The notes under the pieces are model-generated. The model ran no database searches and was not told the origin of the DNA. It saw nothing but the letters and a program-made list of their open reading frames with translations. Source: Tubiluchus corallicola (taxonomy: Eukaryota > Animalia > Priapulida). Taken from it: 64,000 nt of DNA. Below are positions 13,443-25,448 of the stretch, one piece after another; the stretch's first letter is position 1; each line of letters starts with the position of its first letter. The stretch spans positions 496,001 to 560,000 of the forward strand of contig JAQGDQ010000048.1 of the NCBI GenBank assembly GCA_030141605.1, read 5' to 3'. Both the position numbers and the translations under genes were made by a program.

Positions 13443-15095
13443 ATGATTGACACAGAAATCGAACTTTTAAGACACGAACATAATATGATGCGGAAAAAGA
13501 CTTCAGTGCCGCATTCTGCAACTGGGCATCTTCAATCGAGACAATCTTCAGTGGAACCCAGATCAAGTAACTGGCGCACCGTACTCCACCAAGATTTACC
13601 TACTTATGACAGACTGTTTTTACCATCTTCTGCTGGAGTTGCAAAGATGGCACCATTAAATAATGGAAGACGAAGAGCTTCCTCTGATGAGAGATTGTTT
13701 AAACCAACTAATAGAAATGACCAGGCTCCAAGATCTCGAAGTAATTCGTATCTTCGTAATGGGTCACCTTTTACGGAAGCTGGGATATCTCAGCAAAGAC
13801 CATTCGATCGACCTACTCCGAAAACTTACTATGTTTCTCCAACCACGTCACGCCTGGTCCGGCTTTCCCCCAAGCGTCCGAGTATCTATTATGTGCCGGA
13901 TTATCCTAGCCCATCTTCATTGTCATTGCACCGGCCGGAGAACAGATTACACTTTTGCCTTCCAGAGGGTGTACAGCAAACACTGAGTCATTCGAGTCAA
14001 CAGGATTCAGCCACTTTGCAGTCTCTCAGAAGACCGTCTGCTGCATCGACATCTCAGTATTCACCGTCTTCTACACTGTTATCATCAAAACATCTTTCTT
14101 ATGTTCGACAAAATGCAAATTTGCAAGCTAAGCCAAAGCATGACTTTAATTCTTCTTACCTTCCACAAAGACACAGTACCACATCAAATATAACCCACAG
14201 TACCACATCAAATATAACCCTACCTGGACAGATGATGTCTTCTAGAAGTGAACAAAGCAACAGGTTGCATCCTCGAAGTGCCAAAAGTTCACCAAAGACC
14301 TGTGATAAAATCATTGGAGAATCCTCAACATACGGAGTTGATTACTGGAAATCAACTATGAATAAACCTATAAGCAGTAGAGCAGAAATTGTCAAGAGTT
14401 CGTTAGATACAAGTAGTAATATAATGAATAGAACAGAAAGATCATTTAACTATGGAGCTGATCGCCTCAGATCACTGATAGATAAAACTCCAAAGACCAC
14501 GTCTTATCAGAGCATTGGAAATTTGTTAATTAGTGACTTTGATCTTACAAATGAACCTGGAAGAAGAAATAGTGGTATCGTATTTCCGTCCACTAATTTG
14601 ACTACAGGTATGTCATCTCATGGTTTGACTAGTGGTACTCCTTCACAATCAGCTGGTTTTACAGATGTAATGTCATCAATGCCTTCATCCAGGACCGGTG
14701 ATGCATCATTTTTACCATCACATGGTTTGACTAGTGGTGTCTCCTTACCATCACCTAGTTTGACTACTGATGTGTCATTGCTGAAGTTGCCTGGAACGCC
14801 TAGTGATGCATTACCTGTACCATCGCAGCAAATGATTATTGGTGCATCTCCCTCACCAGCTAGTACCAAGGCTGATAAAGGTCATGTCCGGTTTGAAGAT
14901 ATGGTGACTGAAAAAGAGCGAAAACCAAGGATTATGCATAGCTACGATTCTGTTGTTGAGGACTCACTTTCCGGCAGTGATCACAGTTCTGAAAGTGATC
15001 AAAGAAGACAAGGACCTGGATTCCGTCGTCATTTTCCTTCTTGGTTATTCAAAATCGAGGGAAAGAAGGGTTCAAAAGGTCACACAGATTATTAA
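13443..15095 (+). CDS. Terminal coding exon of the giant-exon gene; 550 aa, Ser/Pro/Arg-rich, low complexity, ends ...KGSKGHTDY*
   Basis: Acceptor CTCTTTTCAG| directly before 13443 (phase 0). ORF is open to TAA at 15093-15095 and is followed by AT-rich UTR-like sequence with AATAAA signals. Confidence 0.85.
   Translation: MIDTEIELLRHEHNMMRKKTSVPHSATGHLQSRQSSVEPRSSNWRTVLHQDLPTYDRLFLPSSAGVAKMAPLNNGRRRASSDERLFKPTNRNDQAPRSRSNSYLRNGSPFTEAGISQQRPFDRPTPKTYYVSPTTSRLVRLSPKRPSIYYVPDYPSPSSLSLHRPENRLHFCLPEGVQQTLSHSSQQDSATLQSLRRPSAASTSQYSPSSTLLSSKHLSYVRQNANLQAKPKHDFNSSYLPQRHSTTSNITHSTTSNITLPGQMMSSRSEQSNRLHPRSAKSSPKTCDKIIGESSTYGVDYWKSTMNKPISSRAEIVKSSLDTSSNIMNRTERSFNYGADRLRSLIDKTPKTTSYQSIGNLLISDFDLTNEPGRRNSGIVFPSTNLTTGMSSHGLTSGTPSQSAGFTDVMSSMPSSRTGDASFLPSHGLTSGVSLPSPSLTTDVSLLKLPGTPSDALPVPSQQMIIGASPSPASTKADKGHVRFEDMVTEKERKPRIMHSYDSVVEDSLSGSDHSSESDQRRQGPGFRRHFPSWLFKIEGKKGSKGHTDY
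14172..14219 (+). repeat. Perfect 24-bp in-frame tandem duplication (HSTTSNIT x2)
   Basis: CACAGTACCACATCAAATATAACC occurs twice in tandem. Confidence 0.95.
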
Positions 15096-15204
15096 GATAT
15101 GTAATTCAGAAAATCATTCTGCTAAAATATTGTGAGAATATAAACATTGCTAATATTTTTACATGTATTTTATCTGTGGATTAAATTTTTATTTTGCTAA
15201 TTGC

Positions 15205-15210
15205 AATAAA
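15205..15210 (+). terminator. Candidate proximal polyadenylation signal
   Basis: AATAAA 110 nt after the stop codon, with GT/T-rich sequence downstream. Confidence 0.4.
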
Positions 15211-16522
15211 CAAATTTGGTGATTTCTGTCGAGTTTTAAATACTGCACCGTCCAAATTGTGATCTCCTATGAATCTCGGATGTACTTAGCATTTTTGCTT
15301 TACATGTTTTGTAAATATTTTTGTAAATAGCGAAGATGTTATTGATAGTGAAGCAACTGTCCACAGTGCCTGGGTTTGTCTGTTTTAAATAATGTATTGT
15401 TAATGCAGCAAATTTTGATATTAATTTTGCTGGCTATAAAAACAATTGATGACTGTGTATGTAAAATTTGTTCACATTGTAATTAATTAATTGATTAATC
15501 ATGCACACCAATTTTTCATTGCATACCATTATCAGTTATGTATGCAAAACTATTTATTTTATGTTACCAACTGCAGTTGCTGTTATTACTGATTTTATTT
15601 TGAGTTGTAATGCGCTGTTATTATAAGGATTATAAATACTTAACCTTAAACACGGAATGTATTTTTACACACTAGGTGCCTATCAGTTGGCAAATGTTCT
15701 AATTGTTGTATGGCACACTATTTGTTGGCCAGTCATTTATACCAAAGAATTATCTAAATATTAAAAGTAAGATATATATATACATGCAAGATAGGACATA
15801 TTTTCTGTATTATCATTTGTCATTGAAACAAGGTTTCCTTATGAAATGGTTTCTTTTGTAGGGTCTTTACTGTGTTGATATGTGTGTCTTTATTAATCTC
15901 ATAGTGGCCTTTGGTTCGATATGATAAAATTTTCATCTTGTTGAATCAGCAGTTTTGTTGATGTGGTGCAGTTTAGTGTTTTTGCATTAATGCTTGAATC
16001 ATTCTTTGTGAACTATTCAAATTTTGGTTGTAATGTCTAAGTCAATGTTTCCTTTGGGTTTTGTGTTGTATTTAAATGCATCTTTTTCTTTTTGAATTGA
16101 TGCTATTAAGACATGACATTCTTATTGTAATATTAAATGCCCAGAAATTCTTTACCTTTTTAATTTTACAGAGTATCAATCTTTTTCCTGCAAATTTAAT
16201 CTTATTCCCACAAAGTTCACTTGTCAAATTTTAAATTTACATGCATCCCAAAATTACATACAGTTTCTGCAGTGATGTTGCTTTCCTGGCATATTTTTTA
16301 CATTGCAATCTGCCTTAAAATGTAAGATAGTTAATGCAAATTTTTGTAAGTGAATCAAATTTATCGTATGTAAATTTTACCACTAGTCCAAGTAATATGT
16401 AAACACGAGGTTAGTAGATTTTTAGTAACATTTGTTCACAATTATAATTGCTTAAATTGTTACACCAAAGGCAAAGGTGAACACTTATTAATGTTTGATA
16501 ATTACTTGGTGTTCAGCAAATG

Positions 16523-16528
16523 AATAAA
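16523..16528 (+). terminator. Candidate distal polyadenylation signal (3' UTR about 1.45 kb)
   Basis: AATAAA followed by GT-rich sequence (GTGTTGCTGTTT...CTGTTGTACTCTTT) at the end of a T-rich, CpG-poor tract. Confidence 0.5.
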
Positions 16529-16847
16529 GCCGTGTTGCTGTTTAATTACTCTGTTGTACTCTTTATTCATTAACCGTGCACTATATATTTTGCTTCATAA
16601 AGCTCTGTATAAAATATTATAAATGATAATTAAAATTATGCTTATTAGTGGATCATCAGTTCGTGCAAGTGGCACAGTTTTTTCTAAAAAAATCTGGAAA
16701 AATGGGATAATAAAACTTGCTGCGAACTGCTAAATACATCACATAAAACAGCAAGTAACTAATGGTTTGAAAAATTACCTTTTTGTAAAATTCCATTTGG
16801 CACACTGAAGTTTTCCATATCTATAGATATTTTCCAACCTAATTGTG

Positions 16848-17318
16848 TATTTTTCTAACCTAAACTAGGAGAAATTGCTCTGTCTGTCTTAGTCTAAAAG
16901 GTAGAATCCTGAAGGCTAAAGTAGTGGTGACTTGCAGTCGTAAAATCTAAATTAATTTTGACAACTAAGTTAATGACTATAAATTTAGTAGAAACCGCAA
17001 ACTCTTTTGCACAGCTTATTTTGAAGATTTTTATGCTGAAAATATTTCACATTGATTATTAAATTTATTGAAGATTTCACTAAGTTGTGTAACATATTTT
17101 TCTAACCTAAACTGGGAGAAATTGAACTGCTGTGTCTATTTTAGTCTAAAAATAGGATCCTGAAGGCTAACGTATTGATGACTTGCAGTCGTAAAATCTA
17201 AATTAATTTTGACAACTAAGTTAAGACTACAAGTGTAGTAGGAACCGTAAACTCTCTTGCACAGCTGTTTTTTATGCTGAAAATATTTCGCATTAATAGT
17301 TAAATTTATTAAAGATTT
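16848..17318. repeat. Diverged tandem duplication, 2 copies, period about 247 bp
   Basis: Copies at about 16848-17078 and 17095-17318 share long blocks, e.g. TGACTTGCAGTCGTAAAATCTAAATTAATTTTGACAACTAAGTTAA. Confidence 0.92.
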
Positions 17319-17351
17319 GGAAATGGTAGTAATGTAATTCCAATAAGTGAG

Positions 17352-17377
17352 AAAAACAGGTTATTCACCTGGCAAAA
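17352..17377 (-). terminator. Pol III terminator T-runs for tRNA-Ser
   Basis: On the - strand, TTTT (17374-17377) and TTTTT (17352-17356) lie just 3' of the tRNA. Confidence 0.6.
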
Positions 17378-17384
17378 TGTAATT

Positions 17385-17466
17385 CGACGAGGATGGGATT
17401 CGAACCCACGCGGGCAGAGCCCAATGGATTAGCAGTCCATCGCCTTAACCACTCGGCCACCTCGTC
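17385..17466 (-). tRNA. tRNA-Ser-GCT: tRNA-Ser (anticodon GCT), 82 nt, intronless, long variable arm
   Basis: Reverse complement is GACGAGGTGGCCGAGTGGTTAAGGCGATGGACTGCTAATCCATTGGGCTCTGCCCGCGTGGGTTCGAATCCCATCCTCGTCG. Acceptor stem GACGAGG/CCTCGTC is perfect, A and B boxes are intact, anticodon at 17431-17433. Confidence 0.98.
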
Positions 17467-20154
17467 ACACAGTACAGTTGTGTCGTAAAGAGTCTTTATG
17501 TAAATGCTGTTTATTTGTCTGCAAACGTATAAAGTGTAGTAGGTTTTATATTGCACAAAGAATTTTTATTACAGCCTGACGCAATTATTGAATATAAGGC
17601 GTTGTGTGTCCTTCAAATTGTGTGTGCAAATCAACACAAATCGCTCATGAATGTTTCCAACGTGGAAATCTGTAGAACAGTCAATAATCATTAGACCGTG
17701 AACACAATCTGTCAGCTAACGGTAGATGGCACCACAAACGTATAATACTCAAATTTGACTGGCAGATATTGCTCTGTTTCAAGCACGCGCTCCTCCGTAA
17801 ATATATACTCTAATTTTCATCCCAATCTCATAGTAGTAATTCTTCATAAGCTTTGCAAAATTTGTCCATTTTGAGTTATTGTGTAATTAACGCATTTCAT
17901 CCAATGCTCTGCACTCCTACTAAATATTATAAAATACAAAAAAAGAAAAAAGTTATAAAGCATTTTTCAAATGTGCACCTATAAAGCATTTTTCTATTGT
18001 GATGGCAACTGATTACAACAATAAAGCGATCGCGACGTGCAAAAAGTAACGATAACTTCAATAAGCCATTCCTACAAACACATGTAAATGAAAACATTGC
18101 GCAAAAAAGCCAGTTGCATGATGGTTCTACAAAACCGTGTAATTAGTTTTGAAAACTGAAGCCTTTTTTACCATAGCCTTTTTACGTCGTTGATACATGT
18201 ATGAAGCAGCTGCTGTTATTAAATTAAGCTTACACATTTTATTAATTAGAAATTTTCAAAAAAAAGCCTTGCCCTAAAATATTACTCCCTAACATTTGAC
18301 AACACCTACTTTATAAATAATTATTCGTAATAACATCATAGTAAAAATAAAATTCCTAATACAGATCTGTCAAAAAATAATAAAAACCATGTAAGGCTGA
18401 CAAAGTAAAGTTGTGTAATAATTGAGGAGACATTCAGCCGGAAACCCATGTTTACCTTAACATCAGTGTTAAATGCATTATGCAATAAGGTGATATTTAA
18501 AAACTAATTAGGACCTAATATCCCACTAATGAGCTTAGGTTAGTGAGGACAAAAACCACACAGCACCTACGTCCACATAGGACACACACTATGTATTAAC
18601 ATTAACAGCAATCAGAGACTTTCTTTGGTTAATACAGCGTAAGCATTTATTTACTAATTTATTTAAAAAGATTTTACATGATCTTCTCAAAAGCAGTTGA
18701 AGTGTAGTTGGCAGGTTCTCGTACACCTACTAAACCCTCGATATATAGGTAGGTCCATATTCCTTGTTATTCCGCTAAATTTTTGTCTTCTGAACTTGTT
18801 CGTTTAAAAAATTTGCAAGAAATGTTTTCTGCTGTAGGACAAAAATTGGAGGTACCAGGTCACGTGCAGGCCATAGAAGCATATAGAACTCGAAAATTGT
18901 GACAAAAATGGCATCTTAAAGTATCTGTTGGTATGAATTATGCTTTCCATTGTTGTTCTTTTTTCTTAATACATACACTATGAACAGACGTAATAATTAA
19001 CTTGTAAATAATTAATTAAGGATGCATTAGGGTCTAAAGACTCATACGAATATTACCCACTTCAACGGCAGTACAGTCACCAAATATGCACTGTGACTAT
19101 TATGTGCGTTGTGCACTTCACATATTCCAATGTTTCGTATTAGACCTACTAATAAGGTTCTTTTTATTTTTGTTCCTTTTGTTTTTTGTTATACATATTG
19201 ACTTCTATAGATCTCTTAATTCTATAACCCCCGTTCTTATCTTCTTTTTTGCACTTCTGAATATTCTCTTTTTTGCAGTCGTTACTACTCTTGGGAGTCC
19301 CAACTGGTGGAGGTGCAAAAATTTTTCAGACTTTCCAATTTAGTACTGTTTTCCGTGCGTTTATTTGATTACCTTATTTGCTGTGTTCAATATTACCGTC
19401 GGCAGTAGACAGCATCTACTTACCAGACAAATTAGGCACTATCTTCTTCAAATTAATTATAATTATAATTATAATTATACTTGTCCTTTATTTTATTTAA
19501 GATTCTTTCTGAAGATTCTGCATTTCTCAAAAGCACGACAGTTAAAATTAAATGAATTGATACTGCTGAATGGAAAAATTTATTTTTTAAAATGCGTATT
19601 AAACTAAAAATACTGTTACCAAGTGTATCACTGACAAATTACTGTAAAGGGTAGAAAAAAATCAGTCCTTTAAAACGCGGCAAAAAGAGCAACACAGTTT
19701 CGTGCTATATTCGTGCGATGTAAAGAACTTAGCGATACACCTTACTGAAAGTCTAATAAAGTCCGTTTTTAACTGAAACGAATGAAAACACCACATATTT
19801 CAACCTCATCATTAGTTAACCTCATCAAACCCATGTAATTAAAATTGCCCTATTACGGTTTAGCTAACAGCGGCAAATAAATAAATTCTAAATTATGTTT
19901 ACGCATTACTTTAGTTTACCTTGCCTGTAAAAGTATTGATGACTCTGTTTATATTTAGCTCTAACCGAGTTTACATAAGATAGAAATACTATTTAATTAG
20001 AGGCTTGTTACCTATTTTATAAACGTGTAACCTGAACAAAAAAAACGATATACTATTTTAAGAAATTATGTAGTATTTCCGAATAAAGATCAGCTCCAGT
20101 TTACTGTAGTTAGAACATCACGAATTCTCAATTATGAAGACTGAATTAAAGTTA

Positions 20155-20543
20155 AATGATTGGCAGAAAGTTTAATTATTGGTCTGAGCATGCGCAAAGC
20201 ATCGCAAAGCATGAGCAGCCTGCTGTGTTGCATTCTGTCAACCGTAACATTTTGCACCAGAATCATCTTTCAAAAATCTCGTGAAGTTTTCTTTACCAAG
20301 TCAAGTCAAGGTAAAGTCAACAAAAGACTAAAAATAGCTTTCCCATATTATTATTGTTGCAAGTATGGTTCTTTCACGAGTGAAAGCCAAAATTATGCAA
20401 AGTTTTGCAGCCTCGGGCTGATGTCTGCGCAAACTACTGCACATTGCTCATAGCCAATATTCCGTAACTGACGAAGTCAAACGTCGGCGGGTAAATCCGG
20501 ATTTTCGGAACGTAGTGCTGAGTTGTTGTGAAACGAGATACAT
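20155..20543 (+). promoter_or_regulatory. Candidate promoter and non-coding first exon of the LGR gene
   Basis: ATTGG at 20159 and 20178, NRF1-like TGAGCATGCGCA at 20185-20196, CCAAT at 20454, CpG-dense 20460-20515, then donor AT|GTAAGT (GT at 20544). The ATG-containing exon has an acceptor at 25448, so an upstream exon is expected. Confidence 0.45.
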
Positions 20544-22720
20544 GTAAGTTAAAATACTAAAAGCATGAGAATGTGTGTAGTGTCTCAGTTTGTAGTGAAT
20601 GGCTGTACAGCCATTTTTTGCTTTACGAGGGAGTGATTTTTCATCATTAATAGCTGCTTGATTTGCTGCTTGTCAGTTGTTATATGGAGAGCAACGCCTA
20701 TGTATGTGTACATTTAATTATACGTTTTTACATTTATTCATCTAGACGTTCAAAATAAGTGAGGTAATACGCCACCTTTTTCATGTATCTTAAACGCTAA
20801 ACCAGAACTATAGATATGGAATTTTGTGAACTTAACTTCAATTTTTGACCATGTTTACACAATGTTGTTTCAAACTGTGCGCAATGCTCCACAAGTGTCT
20901 CATTTAAATGGGCATCCGAAGTAATTCCTAACGTTTTTCGACGATAGGTGTCTTCGCATTATGCGTTATGCATAGTATCCTATTTACCAGGCTTGCTAAT
21001 AGATCTTGTGTTACCATCTAGTGAATTATTACTGAACTATTTTACTTTTGTTATTCACTTAACCACCGACTTTAGTAGATGTACTAAAACATGAACTAAT
21101 ATTTTTTCTGGTTTGGTTGGTTCCCTTGTCCTAATTAAGTCTCGGTAAGCATGGCATAACAGTTAAGGGCGTGTCACTTACAATTTTCTGTCTAAAGAAA
21201 TTTAACTTTATGATGCATGATTATTATTATAGTAATTATTATTGCCTTTAGGTTTTCTGACCTAGAAACCTTTAACATTTTTCGTAATCCAATTCATATG
21301 TAACTGCAGTGGATGTTTACGCCTACATTAAAGCATCTGCATGAGCTAAAATATTGTTCCGTTGTTTTTGTTCTTTTGCCTGCGCATTATGATTATGCGT
21401 GTATTCTAACTAAAGCGAGACAAAATAAACACCGCTTGTAGACTTGTGCTTTTACGATGGAACGCGTATTACACCCAATGCTCTGGTCGTGTTGATTTAG
21501 CATTACTTTCGGGGAAGTGTGACATTCGGTAACCTACTTTTGTCGGGAATTTTTGGAACCGAAATGTGAGTTTTACTGTATTTCACATGTTACGTGTCAG
21601 GTCTCGCAAGCCCCAAGTTAAAAAATTTGAATTAATCTTACTTATTAAAAGTGCATCAATCTAAATATTAATGTACTTCCTTTTCTTATTAGTGAATGGA
21701 ATCAGATTCCTATGCGCTTTGGAGTCTAGAAAAGTTATGTATACATGTAATACCAACTAATGCGCCTAAACGCAATTGCTTCGTCACAACTTACAAAATG
21801 TACCTATTCCAAGTTTTTTTATTATAAATAGAGCTTGAGAATGTTGACTGTGCGCAGTGTTAATTTAGCAGTTTCAATTGTTAAGTTTGTTACCAACTTT
21901 ATAAGCAATTTGTTAAAGGCAAAGCAGCTGATCATAATTTTTGTTTTTTGTAAATGAACAGCGATATCTGCTTCAAATAAGCTACGTCAGTGCAAGTAGA
22001 ATATAAGAAAAACGAAGCGAAAAATCAAGATGAATGACCTTAATTAGTATAGTGAAATAAAATTAGCATCCTATCGTCTTTTGCGACGTACATATATTTA
22101 AAGTTAAAGCGTAAGACGCTAGAGAGCTTGTTAGAGCTTGTTAGAGAGCTTGCATTTACATAGTTATAATTATCTAATTTCACCTACTACAGAGCAGAAT
22201 TTTTGTAGAATTGCAGAACTAAATCACGTTTCTTGCTCGGAGCGGCAGGCAAAAGTATGTAAATTTTTCCGATTTTATAATTTCTTTATCGGATTTTACT
22301 AATTAATTCAACTGCATTTTAATATTAATGAAAACAATAATCAGATTATGTAGCTTGCATTGTCGACATTAACTTACAAATTCTAGTGCTGCTCAAAAGT
22401 GGTTTTGCCAGAAATAAATAAAAAAGACAAAAAAAAGAACCGTAAATATTCACTGATTACGATTTTTGGCGCACAGAAGTTTTTCCATTTCAATAAAAAA
22501 TGGTTCACTGACCAATAATATCAAAATTGTAAAATAGAATGCCAATAATATTAGGCAATAAATTCTGAATAGTAAGCATAAAATTTGGAAATTATTCACA
22601 CAGTAGAGGTTCATGCCAAGCAGCTACAGGAAAAATTACGTTAATTACGTTTGTGATAGTGGTAGCGGTGATGCGATTTCTGTGTGTGAGAATGAGTATG
22701 ATTGCGTTAACAATTTTTAG

Positions 22721-22817
22721 GTTACTTGCTTACGAATAACTCTATAAAGTCGTTCATTTCGCGGTGAAGAGAGTCTTGTTCACGTAATACAAAACTTTGC
22801 CATTTACTGATTGTGAG
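22721..22817 (+). other. Candidate 5' UTR exon of the LGR gene (97 bp)
   Basis: TTTTTAG| acceptor and near-consensus donor GAG|GTAAGT. No transcript support is available. Confidence 0.35.
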
Positions 22818-23141
22818 GTAAGTAATGCGTACTAAATTTTCACAAAAATTCGGATCTGTGGCAACTGAAAACGAGTATCTATATAAAATGTTAACAACAA
22901 GCTTACTTCAGGAGCAGTAAGCAAAGGCTATGCAGAATGTTAATATTGTTAGTGATTAAGGTTAAGTATTGTTAGGAAAAATTATTTGAGCATGCAGATG
23001 ATGTGTACAATGGCACAATGTTGCGTTCTAGTTACACATAGATGATTTTAATAATTTAATCATGAATTTCACAGGGCAAAGCTAAATAGGCAACCATTAA
23101 AAGGAGAGGAGTGAAAGAAGAAAACTGAAATAAAATAATAT

Positions 23142-23207
<66 letters not shown>

Positions 23208-23211
23208 GAGG

Positions 23212-23250
<39 letters not shown>

Positions 23251-23278
23251 GAGGGAGAGAAAGAGAGAGAGAGAGAGA
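23142..23278. repeat. Interrupted (GA)n microsatellite
   Basis: Seen directly; contains a duplicated AAGGGAGGGAGAGAAA interruption. Confidence 0.97.
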
Positions 23279-25448
23279 TTCTAGTGAAATAACGCAAATT
23301 AACGCAAATCATAATGTAAAAATGGATTCCAGTGACAGGGTTAACACTCTAAATGATATATCCTGACATTTGGCCAGAAAAAATTAAATGTGAGTCACCC
23401 ATTCCGACAGCCGAAAAAATGGCGATAGCAGAGATATCAAGATTCAAATAGATTCAAATAGATACATTTGAATTCAAATTCTCTTGGTACTGGTGAGATG
23501 GCGGTCACAAATTTGTAATGGCAGCAAAGGTGGTGAAGATATAGGGCAGTTGTGCTTAATGGAAAGTAGTGGGGTGGTGATGGCAGATATGCTTGTTTAT
23601 AAGGACCATGATATTGATGAGAATGGCGATGATGGTAATGATAACTACAAAAAACACGATGCCAATTACGTTACTGTTACTAATCTCGGTGTCTTGATTA
23701 TTATTTTGGAGCGGAAACTCAGTTTGTGGTCTAAAGCTGGGGAATGCTTGAACGGTAGTCTAAAAGCTTCGTCATCACAAATGAGATATGTAAAGCTTTT
23801 TAAGCTATTCTATTGCAGGATATTTATTAGTCAGCAAATTCCTCTAGAGACATTTAAAACCTAAAACCTATAATGGACGGACCTATTAGAAGAAGCATGA
23901 AAGCCTATCACTTACATCATTCATAATTATTTTGTAGTGCGAATAAAAATTGCAAATATGTGAGTCAGTATCACTCTAAATAAAAGCAAATTTATGAAAT
24001 AAACAAATTTCTATTGCAATTCTCTGTATAGCGGCGGCTAAGCTTGTTTTAGTAAAATAATTTTACTTATTTGCTTATCGACAAATCTTAAGCTTCCTTT
24101 TCTTGCTATATAATCTTCCGCATACGTCCTTCAAAAGTCTTACCGAGCGTCAGTGTGAAATTTCCCCAGTTTTTGCCAGAAATATGACGCGTTTGCTCAA
24201 ATTTTGTATTGAAATCCTAAAATGCCTTCAACTTTTCTTTCAATTGTTAGCGTCATCAGCTAGCGTTTTAGATGACAACGAATTATCGCGGAATCATGAC
24301 AGATCCTGTACAAAACTTCTGCTGCATGGCTTTGCTGTGTGCAGCGCTGACGCTTATCATTGATAGCCTGAAACGTCCAACTTGATAAAAGATGGACGGG
24401 GAACTACAGAATACTGTAGTTAAAAACGATATTGTTATTTTATGCGAATAGCTTCAACAAGGTCATAGATTTCTTAAAGTAACAGACTCAGAAGAAAAAA
24501 GGAATGCAAAAATACAAACCCTGAAAAAAATGGATAGCTGTAATCAAAGAGGAACAATTTTGTGATAGAAAACACTACAGATAAAAGGTTAATTATTGAC
24601 TCTCAACTCCTGTCTTCAACCCACCTGTATTTGTTTGTTTGTTATGTCTCCCTGCGAATACGACACCCACGCGCAGCATAAGAAAGGTTAGTTACATGTT
24701 CAAAGGAGAGATTTACTTATGATTACGGAATGTTATATATCGCGAGCCACTTCTCCAGGGACGCACTGTATTTTTACCATGCCTAATTGATCTCGACACA
24801 CAACTGCAAAAACGACTTAGAAATTCTTGAAATTTTTATTCCAGTTATAAGGTTGTTTCATGAGAATCTCAATTAGTTATTTTTCAGAGGACATAACAAT
24901 AAAGCAATAAAATGAAAGACTTCATTATCCGTTTGTTATAAATTCACAATGTCTTGTTTGGTTTGCCTTACACATTTAATTTAGTTTATGCTGACTTCTA
25001 AGTATTTTAGGTTCGTAAGAGCACGTGAATTGAGCCTTCGGCAATAATGCAGATAAGTTAAAAACTAAACTAAAATGATCAGGAACCTCGAAAACTATTA
25101 GAATGAGCAGTGATCAAAAACAGGAACTTTTTCACTACACCCTCTCTCTGTTACTGTTTCACTTGATATCGTGGGTGGGTGAGCCAACGAGCGGGAATTA
25201 CTTAGTAAATGAATGTACCAAACGGACCGAACTAGACCTACGGAGACCTACTTGTACATCAACATTACATAGATTATCGACCGAATTTACCCACCCAACT
25301 TACTTTTATCTCTAACCGCCACCAATACTACTTTCTTTTCACTTGGTTCACTTATTCTGTGCAATGGATGGTGTCTGGCCATCAGACCGAACGTAATAAC
25401 AATTGTCTGTCTTACGAGGACTATAATTTCTTTTTTCTGTTTTTACAG

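Noticed and set aside
17365-17556. 63-aa minus-strand ORF
   Set aside because: It is a translation of the tRNA-Ser gene and its flanks.
23330-23345. CAGTGACAGGGTTAA resembling a piggyBac end
   Set aside because: No convincing matching opposite end was found nearby.
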